A stretch of 64,000 nt of DNA from Mobula hypostoma. Its lineage: Eukaryota. This document shows, one piece after another, positions 41,035-52,480 of the stretch. The stretch spans positions 11,222,001 through 11,286,000 of the forward strand of contig NC_086124.1 of NCBI RefSeq assembly GCF_963921235.1, in the 5' to 3' direction. The first letter of the stretch is position 1. The number at the start of each line of letters is the position of its first letter. The position numbers were made by a program, and so were the translations under genes. The notes below the pieces were generated by a model. The model was not told where the DNA came from. It did not search any database and was given only the letters and a program-made list of their open reading frames with translations.

Positions 41035-41925
41035 AGACCATAACACATAGGAACAGAATTAGAGGCCATTTGGTCCATCAAGCCCACTCCGTCCATTTCA
41101 TCATGGCTAATCCATTTCCTTCTCAGCCCCAGTCTCTTGCCTTCTCCCTGTATCCCTTCATGCCCTGAGGAATCAGGAATCTATCAACCTCTGCCTTAAA
41201 TATACCCAATGACTTGGCCTCCTCACGGATTCACCACTCTCTGGCTAAAGAAATGTCCGTTCTAAATTCTGTTTCCATAACAATTTTGTTGTACCATTCA
41301 TGGTTATTAGCCTGAGCTGAACCCCTGGACCTGCAAGACGGGTGCAGGACTCTCAGACTGGTGTCTACCCTTTAACCTGTTAGGCACAGGTGGCCCTACC
41401 AAGAGCCAAACTATAAAGCCCCGACTCCAGCCAACATAGCTCTCCAGGTCATTGAGGCACGCAAACCTCCAAACCCACGACAAGGTTGGGGTCCTCTTGG
41501 AGTCTGTTCTAAATCGTCAGGACGTCCCTCTATTCTGAGGCTGTGTCCTCTGACTCTTAAGACTCTCCCATCATAGGAAACATCCTCTCCACATCCACTC
41601 TATTGTGGCCTTTCAATATTTGATAGGCTTCAATGAGATGCCCTTCCATTTTTCTGAATTTCAGTGAGTACAGTCCCAGAGACATCAAACACTCCTCACA
41701 TGATAACCCTTTCAATCCTGGAATCATTTTCGTGAACCTCTTTTGAACCCTCTCCAGTGCCTGCACATCCTTTCTAAGATGCCCAAAACTGCTCACAATA
41801 CTCCAAGTGAGGCCTCACCAGTGCCTTATAAAGTCTCAACGTTATACTCTTGCTTTTATATTCTAGCCCTCTCAGAATGATTGCTAACATTGCATTTGCC
41901 TTCCTCACCACAGACTCAACCTTTG
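41035..41925 (-). mobile_element. CR1 3' fragment interrupted by a family B RTE piece (41268-41501)
   Basis: ERVQKRFTKMIPG ORF. 13-bp TSD gtc(c/t)gttctaaat at 41255-41267 and 41502-41514. Confidence 0.8.
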
Positions 41926-42178
41926 GGTTAGGAAAATAAGGAATATGGGGAATGGCACAGACATAAAGATTCAGTCATGATTGTATCTGTTCTATTCAGT
42001 TAGAGTGATTTCGCTCTTTTTTAAGTTGAAGTGAAGGGTTTGATAAGGAGATTCAAAGGTCACAACAAGATGAGGTTGGTGGAACTAAAAGTAGAAAAGG
42101 CATTAGATCAGGATGAAAACTGACATAGAAACTTCAAAGAATCCTTAGCACACATTAAGGCATCCAACTACACTCAGA

Positions 42179-42406
42179 CAACAGGAATTCTGCAGATGCT
42201 GGAAATTCAAGCAACACACATCAAAGTTGCTGGTGAACGCAGCAGGCCAGGCAGCATCTATAGGAAGAGGCGCAGTCGACGTTTCAGGCCGAGACCCTTC
42301 GTCAGGACTAACTGACGAAGGGTCTCGGCCTGAAACGTCGACTGCGCCTCTTCCTATAGATGCTGCCTGGCCTGCTGCGTTCACCAGCAACTTTGATGTG
42401 TGTTGC
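42179..42406. mobile_element. Palindromic Penelope-derived mini-element with 14-bp TSD
   Basis: Perfect 95-bp inverted arms (42211-42305 and 42312-42406) with a 6-nt spacer. caactacactcaga at 42165-42178 and 42406-42419. Confidence 0.9.
42273..42310 (-). ncRNA. Minimal type I hammerhead ribozyme, intact core
   Basis: UAGUC-CUGACGA-AGG GUCUCGG CCU-GAAA-CG-UC/GACUG. Stems I and II pair, and stem III is reduced to palindromic ACGU as in PLE minimal hammerheads. Confidence 0.75.
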
Positions 42407-43169
42407 AACTACACTCAGAATAGTTCTGATAAAAGACAATCAATTTGAATATCAAGCCTGTTCTCTTTATCTCATCTGCAGTGAGTTTTACTGCACAAAC
42501 AAAAATATTCAGTAATAGAACAGTTCCCTGTTTGATTTCTCACACGAAAATTAGTATTTTCCAGCTGTGTTGTACTTCATCGATTTCATTCTGAAGTGCA
42601 GTGTCTCTGGAGTGAGATTTAAACTACAAAGGCAGGCTTTTTTTCAAATTTCATTACAAATTATTCCAAAAGTTTTATGTAAAAGTACACTGAATGCACC
42701 AATAGCAATGCTTGGATACTTCACAACTTTTCACTCTGAAGACACTCAACTGTGACGACAGCCATGACGGAATCAAATATCCTACTCTCCGATGAGATTT
42801 TAACCATATTAGCTAGGGCAACCGGGGAGGAGCTGAAAATATAATTCAACATCAAACCTTTTGTTTGTAAAGGTGGGGAGGGAATGTAAAACAAAGAAGA
42901 GGAGACTTTTACATTGCAGGGTCTCCAATTACACCAAAAACTTCCTTGTAACTACTTTGTAAACATTGTTTTTTTTGTTTTGGAGACACAAGAGACTTCA
43001 GAGATTGGAAACAACAGAAGGAAGACAGCGGGGCCGGTCAGCCTCTGTGGCAGCAGAAGAATGGTCCATACTGCACAACAGAAGCTAGGATTGTTGGTGG
43101 AGGGGTCAGCAGGGACAATGAGGTGTGAATGAATCCTGAAAGGGAAGGAGAGCCTGCAGATGTTGGAAA

Positions 43170-43800
43170 TCTTCCTCTTCTTCTTTGAGTTTTTACGGCA
43201 TTTAGCATCCACATTGTTGCATTGCTGCCATCTTCAGGATTTATTGTCCTTCAATGTCCTTTCAGCTTAAAGCCGTCCTTCCAGTCCCATCGCCCTTAAA
43301 TAACTAAACAACCCCTGATCACTCTCCCCACATTCCAATAAACCTTTAACACTGTTCTCTACCAGTCCTATTTTGCGTAATTGTTGTAACATTTGTTGCC
43401 TTTCCTATGCAAATTTCCGGCAGGAAATAAGGATATGCTCTACTGTTTCAGTCTCCTGACACAGATCGCAAAAACCTGTTGGATGCTTATTTATGATGGC
43501 CAGTGCCATTAAGGTTGCTGTGCCCAATTCTCAGTCTACTTATAATTACTTGCTCCTTCCGCTTTACTCCCCTACTTCTTCCCATATCTACTCTGTTCTG
43601 AATTGAATGTAAATGTCCTCCTTTTATTGCTCTATCCCAATGCTGCTGCCACTGTTGATTTATCCTTCTCCACACTATGCTCTTCCCCTCTGATTTTGAT
43701 AGTTTAATATTGACCTCTACAGATCCTTTTTTGACTGCTGCTTTTGCCAGCCTATCTGCTGTCTCATTTCCCACAACACCCGAATGTGCTGGAACCCACA
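43170..43800 (-). mobile_element. I-group (Nimb-like) LINE 3' end with RNase H and CCHC knuckle
   Basis: WVPAHSGVVGNETADRLAK (RNase H), RLRIGHS, CDLCQETETVEHILISC, tail ...aaaaactcaaagaagaag. Confidence 0.8.
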
Positions 43801-43959
43801 TGCTGGAAATCCAAGGCAAAACGGGCACAAAAATGCTGGAGGAACTCAGCAGGCCAGACAGCATCTATGGAGAAGAGTGAACAGTCGACGTTTCGGGCCG
43901 AGACCCTTCCTTCATCAGGAGAGGCCTGCTCTTGGTAGAGTTTGTAGTTTATCCTCCAT

Positions 43960-44300
43960 AAATCGTTGCGTGGCGGGAATCGGCGCGACTCCCTCACCTC
44001 GGCTCCGGAGCGGGCGCTCACTCCCGCGTGACCCGGTGAACTTGCCCTCGGAGCCGCGCGGGAGCGCGCTGACCCCGGAAGGAGACGCTTCTCCTTCCTG
44101 CCTTCCTTTCCCTCCCGCTGTCGGTGGCGGTGGCTGTGGGTTCGCTCTTGTCCGGTCTCGCCTCCCCGCCGTCTCTGTCCCCACCCCAGCCGCTCCGTCC
44201 CACGGGCGTGACTGATCGGACGGTGAGTGCGAGAGGGCAATTTAACAGATCAATTTAAAAAACCGGGGGAACTCGGCGCGTCAGGCCGCGTCCGCGGTGT
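43960..44300 (+). promoter_or_regulatory. ZNF593: CpG island with probable non-coding exon 1 of ZNF593 (donor GTGAGT at 44223)
   Basis: CpG-dense, with E2F-like TGGCGGGAA and ETS CCGGAA. Strong donor cg|gtgagt. The next exon starts with an acceptor 14 nt before the ATG, so an upstream exon is required. Confidence 0.65.
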
Positions 44301-46640
44301 GGTGGTGGTGGGGAGATGGACAGTCGACGCTTTGGGTCGAGACCCTTTATCAGGACAATCGGCCCGAACTAGCGCCTGTCCATTTCCCTCCACAGAGGCT
44401 GCCTGACTTGATTCGGTTCCTCCCGCATCTGGTGTGCGTTGCTGTAGATTCCCAGCCTCCGCAGTCTCTCTTGTGTCCGGTCAGGCAGCCTCTGTGGAAG
44501 GAAATGGGTGGTCAGAAACCCTTCATTTGGTCTGAGAGAGGGGAGGTGGTCAGTGTAGGGAGGTGAGGAGGACGGGGAGAGTTGGAATAGCCTCAGAAAC
44601 TGGGAGGGGAAGGATGGGTGGAGGCGACAGAGTGTTGCAGATGGTGGAATCTGATGAGAAAGTACGGGGGAGCGTGGCATCAATGTAGGGAGGGGGTTGG
44701 AAAACCAAGTGGGTTCCTCTGAATGGAATTTAGGCTTTGTCAGATTCCCTATTTGGCCAAGTGTAGGTGATGATGGAGTGGGTGGCTGGGAAAGGTGCAG
44801 GGTGAGGGGGGCTAGGATAGTTGTAGGAGTTGGTAGGTTAGGTGGAGAGGCAGAGGGGGAACATTTTAACGAGTGTTCATGCTGTCCAGCCTCTGTCCCC
44901 ATCTCCACTTGCTCCTTCTCCATCTGCCTATCACCCCTCATTGCCTGGATCCACTTGTCATTTCCGAACCCTTGCTCCATCCCTGCCTTCCACCTTTTAT
45001 GCCCGCCATCTCCCCTTTACCATTCAATCCTGACAAAGGGTCTCAGCCCGAAACATCGACTGTCCGTTTCTGTCAGTAGATGCTGCCTGACCCGCTCGAG
45101 TTCCTCCATGTTTTGATAGTTGCTCCAGATTCCCACATCTGCAGTTTCATGTGTCTCGAAAGGCAACTGAATAACGAGAAGCTGCACATTTCATTATGAA
45201 CTGCATCAATGCAACTGTGCATAAAATGGGAGGGAGAATCGTTCCTGCCTTAACCTGCTTAATCCTGCTAAGGCCTGCAATGGACCATTTTCTAGCAGAA
45301 GATTCACACTTTTGGGAGTTAAAGAATGTTTTTGCTGATCTTATAACTTTCATGTCTCTAGGACAGGGTCTCCACCCAAAAACATTGACCATTCCTGTCT
45401 CCTCAGATGTTGCCCGACCAGCTAAGTTCCTCCAGCAGTTTATTTTCTGCTGCATATTCGAGCAGCTGTGGTAATTTACCTCATCTGGACCACCACTTCT
45501 GCATTGTCAGTGGTTTGATCTACTTTAAAGCCATTGACCAAAGATTTAAAGATTCATGATCAAAGTATGTGTGCAGTCCTGAGATTCATCTTCCCAAGAT
45601 GGCCACAAAACAAAACCACCATGGAACGCATTTCAAACACCCAACGAGCAAAAAAAAAAGGAACAAATTGTGCAAGCGTTGAAAAAATGAGTGAAAAACA
45701 CACAGAACATAAAACATCAGACCGCAGAGTCCTTGAAACAGTCTGGGAATGTTCGGCTTACCTTAGTTCAGGTCTGTTTTTCATTGTCTGCAGGGGATAG
45801 AGCCAGTCGTCTGATCAAAATCGCATAAAATAGCAATCAAAAAGGAGTAAGCAGTAACGTGCAGCCCTGCCAAGGGGTCTCAGCCCAAAACGTCAACTGT
45901 TTTTTTTTCCCCATAGATGCTGCCTGGCCAGCTTAGTTCTTCCAGCATTTTGTGTGTGTTGCTTGGATTTCCTGCCTCTGCGGGGTTTCTCTTGTTTGTA
46001 ACATGACTTGCATTATCTGCGGAGTCTAATCCACAAACTGCGTCGATTAAACCTTGCCCGAGACTCTGGCAGCCGTGAGCGAGAGGGAGAGAGGGATTGC
46101 TCAAGCGTAGGCACCTCCTTCTGGCAGGACAGAGAGAGAGAGAGATCAGTCACACGCAGGGTGATGGCACTGAATACTTGCTGGCCTTCCGCTCTTGTCC
46201 ACATTGATTTCAGTCTTGCTCGACACTCTAATCAGCAAGTAGGAGCGAAATACTGCAGTTAATAGTAAGTCAAAATAAAAACAGGAAATGCTGGGAATAC
46301 TTTGCAGATCAGGCAGCACCTGTGGAGAGAGAGGGGAAAAAAACCCTAAAGATTATCAGCTTAATGAGTAGAAAAAGTTAAAAATAAAACATGCTTTTAC
46401 ATTTCAAAGGGAGGAGGGTAGTGAAAACAAAATATCTGATGCGAGGTTGGAAGCTGAGTGACGGGGTGGTGGTGGCTGAGAGGAAATGTTTAGTGCCTGC
46501 TGAATCACTGCTAATTGGAGGAGACAAATAGTGGGAAAGATGGAGAGATTTAAAAGATATATCTCTGTCTGTGGGTAGCAGGGTGGAGATACGTCTCTAC
46601 CAAAGGAGGTGTAAGGCATTCCTTTCCTCTGCTAGCCTGC

Positions 46641-47369
46641 TTTAGAATGCTTTAGAACAGAGGGATCTAAGAATAATGGTGTATAGTTCCCTGAAGTTGG
46701 AATCTCATGGGGATAGGGTGGTGAAGAAAGCTTTTGGTTTGCTGGCCTTTATTAATCAGAGCATTGAGTATAGGAGTTGGGATGTAATGTTGAAATTGTA
46801 TAAGGCATTGGTAAGGCCAAATCTGGAGTATTTTGTACAGTTCTGGTCACCGAATTATAGGAAGGATGTCAATAAAATTGAGAGAGTACAGAGGAGGTTT
46901 ACTGAACTGTTACCTGGGTTTCATCTCCTAAGTTACAGAGAAAGGTTGAACAAGTTAGGTCTTTATTCTTTGGAGCGTAGCAGGTTGAGGGGAGACTTCA
47001 TAGAGGTGTTTAAAATTATGAGGGGGATTGATAGAGTTGATGTGGTTAGACTTTTTCCATTGAGAGTGGGGAAGATTCAAACAAGAGGACATGGGTTGAG
47101 AATTAGAGGACAAAAGTTTAGGGGTAACATGAGGGGGAACTTCTTTACTCAGAGAGTGGTAGCTGTGTGGAACGAGCTTCCAGCAGAAGTGGTTGAGGCA
47201 GGTTCGATGTTGTCGTTTAAAGTTAAACTGGATAGATATATGGACAGGAAAGGAATGGAGGGTTATGGGCTAAGTGCAGGTCGGTGGGAATAGGATAGGG
47301 TAAGAGTTCGGCATGGACTAGAAGGGCCGAGATGGCCTGTTTCCATGCTGTAATTGTTATATGGTTATA
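46641..47369 (+). mobile_element. CR1 LINE 3' part (205-aa ORF) nested in a family A element
   Basis: VRPNLEYFVQFWSP...RGNFFTQRVV. The host element resumes at aggtcaccc after the (ggttata) tail. Confidence 0.9.
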
Positions 47370-48964
47370 GGTCACCCTTTGGCAAAGTGTGGCACCTACT
47401 TAGCCCCCACCCTGAATCAGGGTCACATGACCATGGAAGCAGGTGGTGGATGGTCGTACGAGCAGTTGGTGCATATCACGAGGCCAGGTTATGCGACCAC
47501 TGACTCCAGGCAGACAATCTCTGAAGAGTATTGATAATGGCTGGGGGTCACCCGTCTTGTAAAGACACTGACCAGAAGAAGGCAGTGGCAAAACACTTCT
47601 GTAGAAAAATTTGCCAATAACAATCATACTGAGGACCATGATTGCCTGCATTATATGATACAAGGTGTAATGATATGTAGGTTTGATCGCAAATGTGGGG
47701 AGAGGTGACTAACATATATTGATGACCCATCCACATTAGAAAGGTTGGCTGACTGTTGTCTGTTATGGTGGAGGGACCACTGAAGTAAAAGGAAGCCATT
47801 CAGAGTGGCTAATTGTGAGCTTAAGATTAATTCCTGTTGGTGTGTATATCAAACTTTGACCCTACACTAACCAATTTCAAAAAAACTAAAGAAGTTAAAT
47901 AACTGAGCAAGGACATGTTGTAGAAAACTTAGTTGAGAAATATATAATGAGAGGATTAGTTTAGAGAAGAACTGTTTAAAATGGAATGTAAGAACCGAGG
48001 TTTCAAGATTCAGGTACATAATTTTTACAAGCAATAATGTATAATTATCACTTATAATTATGATGTATTAAGAACTGAATATGCCTGGATTCTTTCGATT
48101 TTGTGTTTTTCGCTTGTTTTTTGTTTTGTTGCTGTTTGCGTAATTTGTTTTTAGCGCGTGTGGGGTTTGATGTTTTTCTTTCAGCGGGTTCCATGGTGTT
48201 TCTTTGTTTCGTAGCTGTCTGAGGAAGGTGAACCTCAGGGTTGTATACTGCACACATACTTAGATAATGTACTCCGAAACTTTGAAGAAAGGCAATCTTT
48301 GAATCAAGTTGAACACTTCGCATCTTTGACATTCTAAATAGGGAATTTTGCAAAGCCTAAATTCCATGCCAAGGAAATCTTTGGGGCTTACTGTCTACTT
48401 AATCAAGGAAAGTACCAGATATACAAGTTGGAAATAATGTGGAAAGTGAGTAGCTCAGTTGGTTGGTGGTTGGGTTGAGTTGTTCTCTGATCTTGGCAAT
48501 CCAATCTTGGAGAACTACTCAACCCAACCAGATACCTAGCTTTGACTCATCTGGTCTCTCTTGCATCAATTAATTATTTCTCTTACTTGTATGACTACAT
48601 CTTCCTATGAAAATATATCCACGGTGAATTTAAGATCTGACAGTTTAAGATAATTTTAAATATGACAAATTGAAAGGCAGAACAGATTCAAGGGGCCAGA
48701 TTATTTATTGATTTATTTTCCTTGTGTTATGAAATAATGTGATTATTTGCTATATACTACCCTGAAAGTTAAGAATTTACTTCTTAAATTGAGTTCAAAC
48801 CGATGTCAAAGCAACTGGGGATCAAGATTCCGGCACACCATTGGCAATTGAAATTCAAACCTCAAAAACAAATTTTGAGGTTCTTATCAGAAGCAGTGGT
48901 GGAAATGGAATCGAAAACAAATGTTAAAGTTAAGTTTTTTTTTGTTTCAGGATTGCTGGTGGAG

Positions 48965-49164
48965 ATGACTCGGTCAAAGAGGATTGGCAATCATAACAGC
49001 GACAAAAAGAAAAATGTGTCAAAGCTGTGGAAGACGAAAAGGCGAACAAAAGACTTAGATCAGATCCATGATGATATGAAACCTGAAAATGCCAGCAAGT
49101 TACTGCACCAGGAAGTAGATTGTGACGTCACTGGAAATGCACAGTTTTATTGCTTGCACTGTGC
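48965..49164 (+). CDS. ZNF593: Zinc finger protein 593 (Bud20 orthologue), first coding exon
   Basis: [35 protein letters not shown]...[11 protein letters not shown]. Acceptor tttcag at 48945-48950, donor gc|gtaagt. Confidence 0.95.
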
Positions 49165-50610
49165 GTAAGTAGCTGTCATTTGTGAACAATATGTTCTCTA
49201 CTTTTATGTGCACCCTACCAACGATGTACATCTGTGTCCTGCTGGAATGGTACTGTACTCATTTGCAGTGGAGGGTCTGCTGTGGACAGTTCCATTCTGC
49301 TCAGGTCTGTGCTTAGAATTTTAACTGGTTTTACAGAAGACTGAGTTGTTACTCACCCGTAACTCGGTCACATGGAGTAGGTTACATGGTTGGCACGACA
49401 TTGTGGGCCGAAGGGCCTGTAATGTGTTCTAGCTATCTGTGTTCTATGAGCCTGCTTGTAAAGACACTGATGATATGCCCTGGTAGTTTTTCTATAATTA
49501 TAAATCAAATATATCTACAACCTTTAACTTAAAAAGCCTTTTCGGACCTTAAAATAATTTGGGTGGCAAGGTGGAGATCCTTCCCTCTGCTAGCCTGCAG
49601 GTTACCTTTCGGCAAGGTGTAGCACTTATTTAGCATCCTCCCCACCCCCACTGATCAAGTTCACATGAAGCTATGGTCGTATGAGCAGCTGGTGCATGTC
49701 ACAAGTCCTGGTGATGCGACCACTAACGGCAGGCAGACAATCCCTGAAGAGTATTGATAAAATCCAGGGTTACCTGTCTTGTAAAGACACTGCCCAGAAG
49801 AAGACAATGGCAAACCACTTCTGTAGAAGGATTTGCCCAGAACAATTGCATTCATGGAAAGACCTTAATTGTCTACGTCATTCGACACAGGGCACAACAA
49901 ACAAAAAACTAATGAATGGCTTTAAAGTCAATTTCTCCATAAATTGTTTTGATCTCAAGTTCAGAAAAGAAGCTGACAAAGCAAAACAACTAAGAACAGT
50001 GAAAATGAAAAAGTTTTTTTAATATACTACTAAATCTCATATATTCTGTGCACACTTGGAAAATGGTGATAAGCTTTTACACACAAGTTTGATGTTCTCA
50101 ATCACCTGGCTAACTTTATATTGAGCTTTCCGCTTGCTGCCTCAGACAACGACTGTAGGGAGATGAGAGCAGAGGTGTGTTAGTTACAGCATAATGGCCA
50201 AAGCAGAAGTTTCTGAAGAGATAATTGGCAAAAAGTTTGATTGGTGAATGGAATAAAATAATGTTGTATCTCCCTTTATTTTCTGATCCTTACGGTTCTA
50301 CCAGGAGTCAAGAATGGCAAGGAATCCTAATTCTAAGATTTCAGTTTATTCTAGAGTACAAACAAAATACAAACACTAAGCAAACTAAATAAAGAGCTGA
50401 GAAACGATGCTAAGGGGAATTAACATTAATGGGTGTAAGACAATGTAATAAAAGATGGTGCTTCTGAAAATTCTATCACTTTTATAGATAAGATGAGGGA
50501 AATTCCTTGGATAAAGATGAATTAATTAATAGGCTACATAATTAAAACAATTACAAGATGTGGGTGATGTGCTAATACTTCCCCAATGAAAAATATGTAG
50601 GGTGATAAAC

Positions 50611-50745
50611 CCGACAAAATCTGCAGAAGCTGGAAATCCAAAGCAACCCACACAAAATGCTGGAGGATCTCAGCAGGCCAGGCAGCATCTTTGGAAAAGA
50701 GTAGACAGTCGACATTTCAGGCCGAGACCCTTCACCAGGACATAA
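50611..50745 (-). mobile_element. Single-arm Penelope-derived mini-insertion with TSD, in a ZNF593 intron
   Basis: ggtgataaac at 50601-50610 and 50746-50755. Ends just outside a hammerhead motif with core CUGGUGA. Confidence 0.8.
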
Positions 50746-50944
50746 GGTGATAAACTGTTAGTTTAGCTGCTATACTGCTTTCTGTCAGTGAGTGTGAAAA
50801 GTACTTGAGTTTGTTAAAAAGTACAAATCTCACAGGAAAGTGTAATTTAAAAATAACAGTGGTTTCCAACAATATTAAAAAAAAATTATGGACGTCCACA
50901 TGGGTTTAATCACTTCAGTAACTTTTCTTTTGTTCCATTTGCAG

Positions 50945-51007
50945 GCGATACTTTATTGATCAGAGGACTCTGAAAGAACATTTTAAGACAAAAGTTCACA
51001 AACGAAG
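50945..51007 (+). CDS. ZNF593: ZNF593 second coding exon (RYFIDQRTLKEHFKTKVHKR)
   Basis: ttgcag acceptor and ag|gtaatt donor. Phase matches and the exon completes the C2H2 finger. Confidence 0.95.
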
Positions 51008-51069
51008 GTAATTGTCTTCAAACACGGTCTTAGGCTCAGTCACGATGTAGGAAGATGAGTGGAGGAGAA

Positions 51070-52480
51070 TGAGGCATTGAATTATAGAACCATACAGCCC
51101 ACCTTGTCTATGCCATTGGTGATACCTATCTATGTTAATCCCATTTGCCTGTGAAAACTTGCCCCTTCTATATCCTTTAAATATCTCCCCTCTCACATTA
51201 AACCTGTACCCTCTAGCTCTAGGCTCCCGTGCCCTGGGAAAAAGACTGACTGTGTATCCTATTTATGACCCTCAGAATTTTATAAATCTCTATAAGGTCA
51301 TAGAGTGCTACAGCACAAAAACAGGCCATTCGGCCCATTTGGTCCGTGCTCAACTGTTATTCTGCCTAGTTCCATTGACGCACACCTGGACCATAGCCTT
51401 CCACACCCCCCTCATCCATGTACATCCAAACCAGTCAGCCCTCCATGTTCCAGTGAAAATATATTCAATTCAATCTCTCCTGGAATAGAGTCACAGAAAA
51501 GTACAGCATAGAAATGGCACCTATGGCCCGTCTAATCAGTGAACCATTTAAACTGCCGACTCCCATCGACCTGCACTGGGACCATCGCCCTCCATACCCC
51601 TACCATCCATGTACAGTAACTGGCAGTTCATTCCATACTCTCACCATACCCTCTGAGTGAAGAAGGTTCCCCTCGTGTTCCCTTTCAACTTTTCATCTTT
51701 CACCCCTAACCCAAGAGCTCTAGTTGCAGTCCCACCCAACCTCAGTGGAAAAGGTCGGCTTGCATTTATGCTATTTGTATCCCTCATAATTTCATACACC
51801 TCTATCAAATCTCCCCTCAGTCTTCTACGTTCCAAGGAATAAAGTCCTAACATATTCAATCTTTCCTTATAACTCAGGCCCTCCAGTCCCAGTAACATCC
51901 TTGTAAATCCTAATCTGTAACTCCCTTTATACCAGGCAACATTCTGGTGACTCTTTCCTGTACTATCTGTGTTGTTACCGCACCCTTCCTCTGAAGCAAA
52001 CAGAACTATACACACCCAAATGTGGTCTGACCAATGTTTTCTTCAGCAGCAACGTGATGGCCCAACTTTTACCCTCAATGCCTCGGCCTATTAATACAAG
52101 CTTAGCAAACACTGCCTTCACTACCCTATCCACCTTTGTGCATTGATGCTCCCAAGGTCCCTGTCATTCATTCTAAGCTGTATGTTTCACTTCCAGAGGC
52201 ACATTATTACTCATTTGTCTGGATTAAATTCCATCTGCCTCTGCACCATCCAACTATCCAGCCAGTCTATACCCCACACTATTCTCTGACAAACTTTTTT
52301 GATGTCTACAACTCCATTACTTTTCATGTCATCTGCAAACTTACTAATCATACCACTTACCATTCTCATCCAAGTTGTACATATACAAAAATCAAAGATC
52401 TCAGTACCAACTCTTATGATACCACACTTGTTATAGACTTCCAGTCAGAAAAACACCCACTTAACCTCTGACTCCAATCA
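51070..52480 (-). mobile_element. Cluster of nested CR1 3' fragments
   Basis: At least three CR1 tails, plus ORF LERRRLRGDLIEVYEIMR...FFTQRV. Confidence 0.75.

Noticed and set aside
42312-42344. Plus-strand hammerhead in the right arm of the palindrome as an active ribozyme
   Set aside because: The core is intact but the 5' strand of stem I is replaced by the spacer (ctaa), and the long hairpin would sequester it.
48803-48964. N-terminal extension of ZNF593 in the ORF track
   Set aside because: It crosses a polypyrimidine tract and AG acceptor (48935-48950), so it is intronic or UTR.
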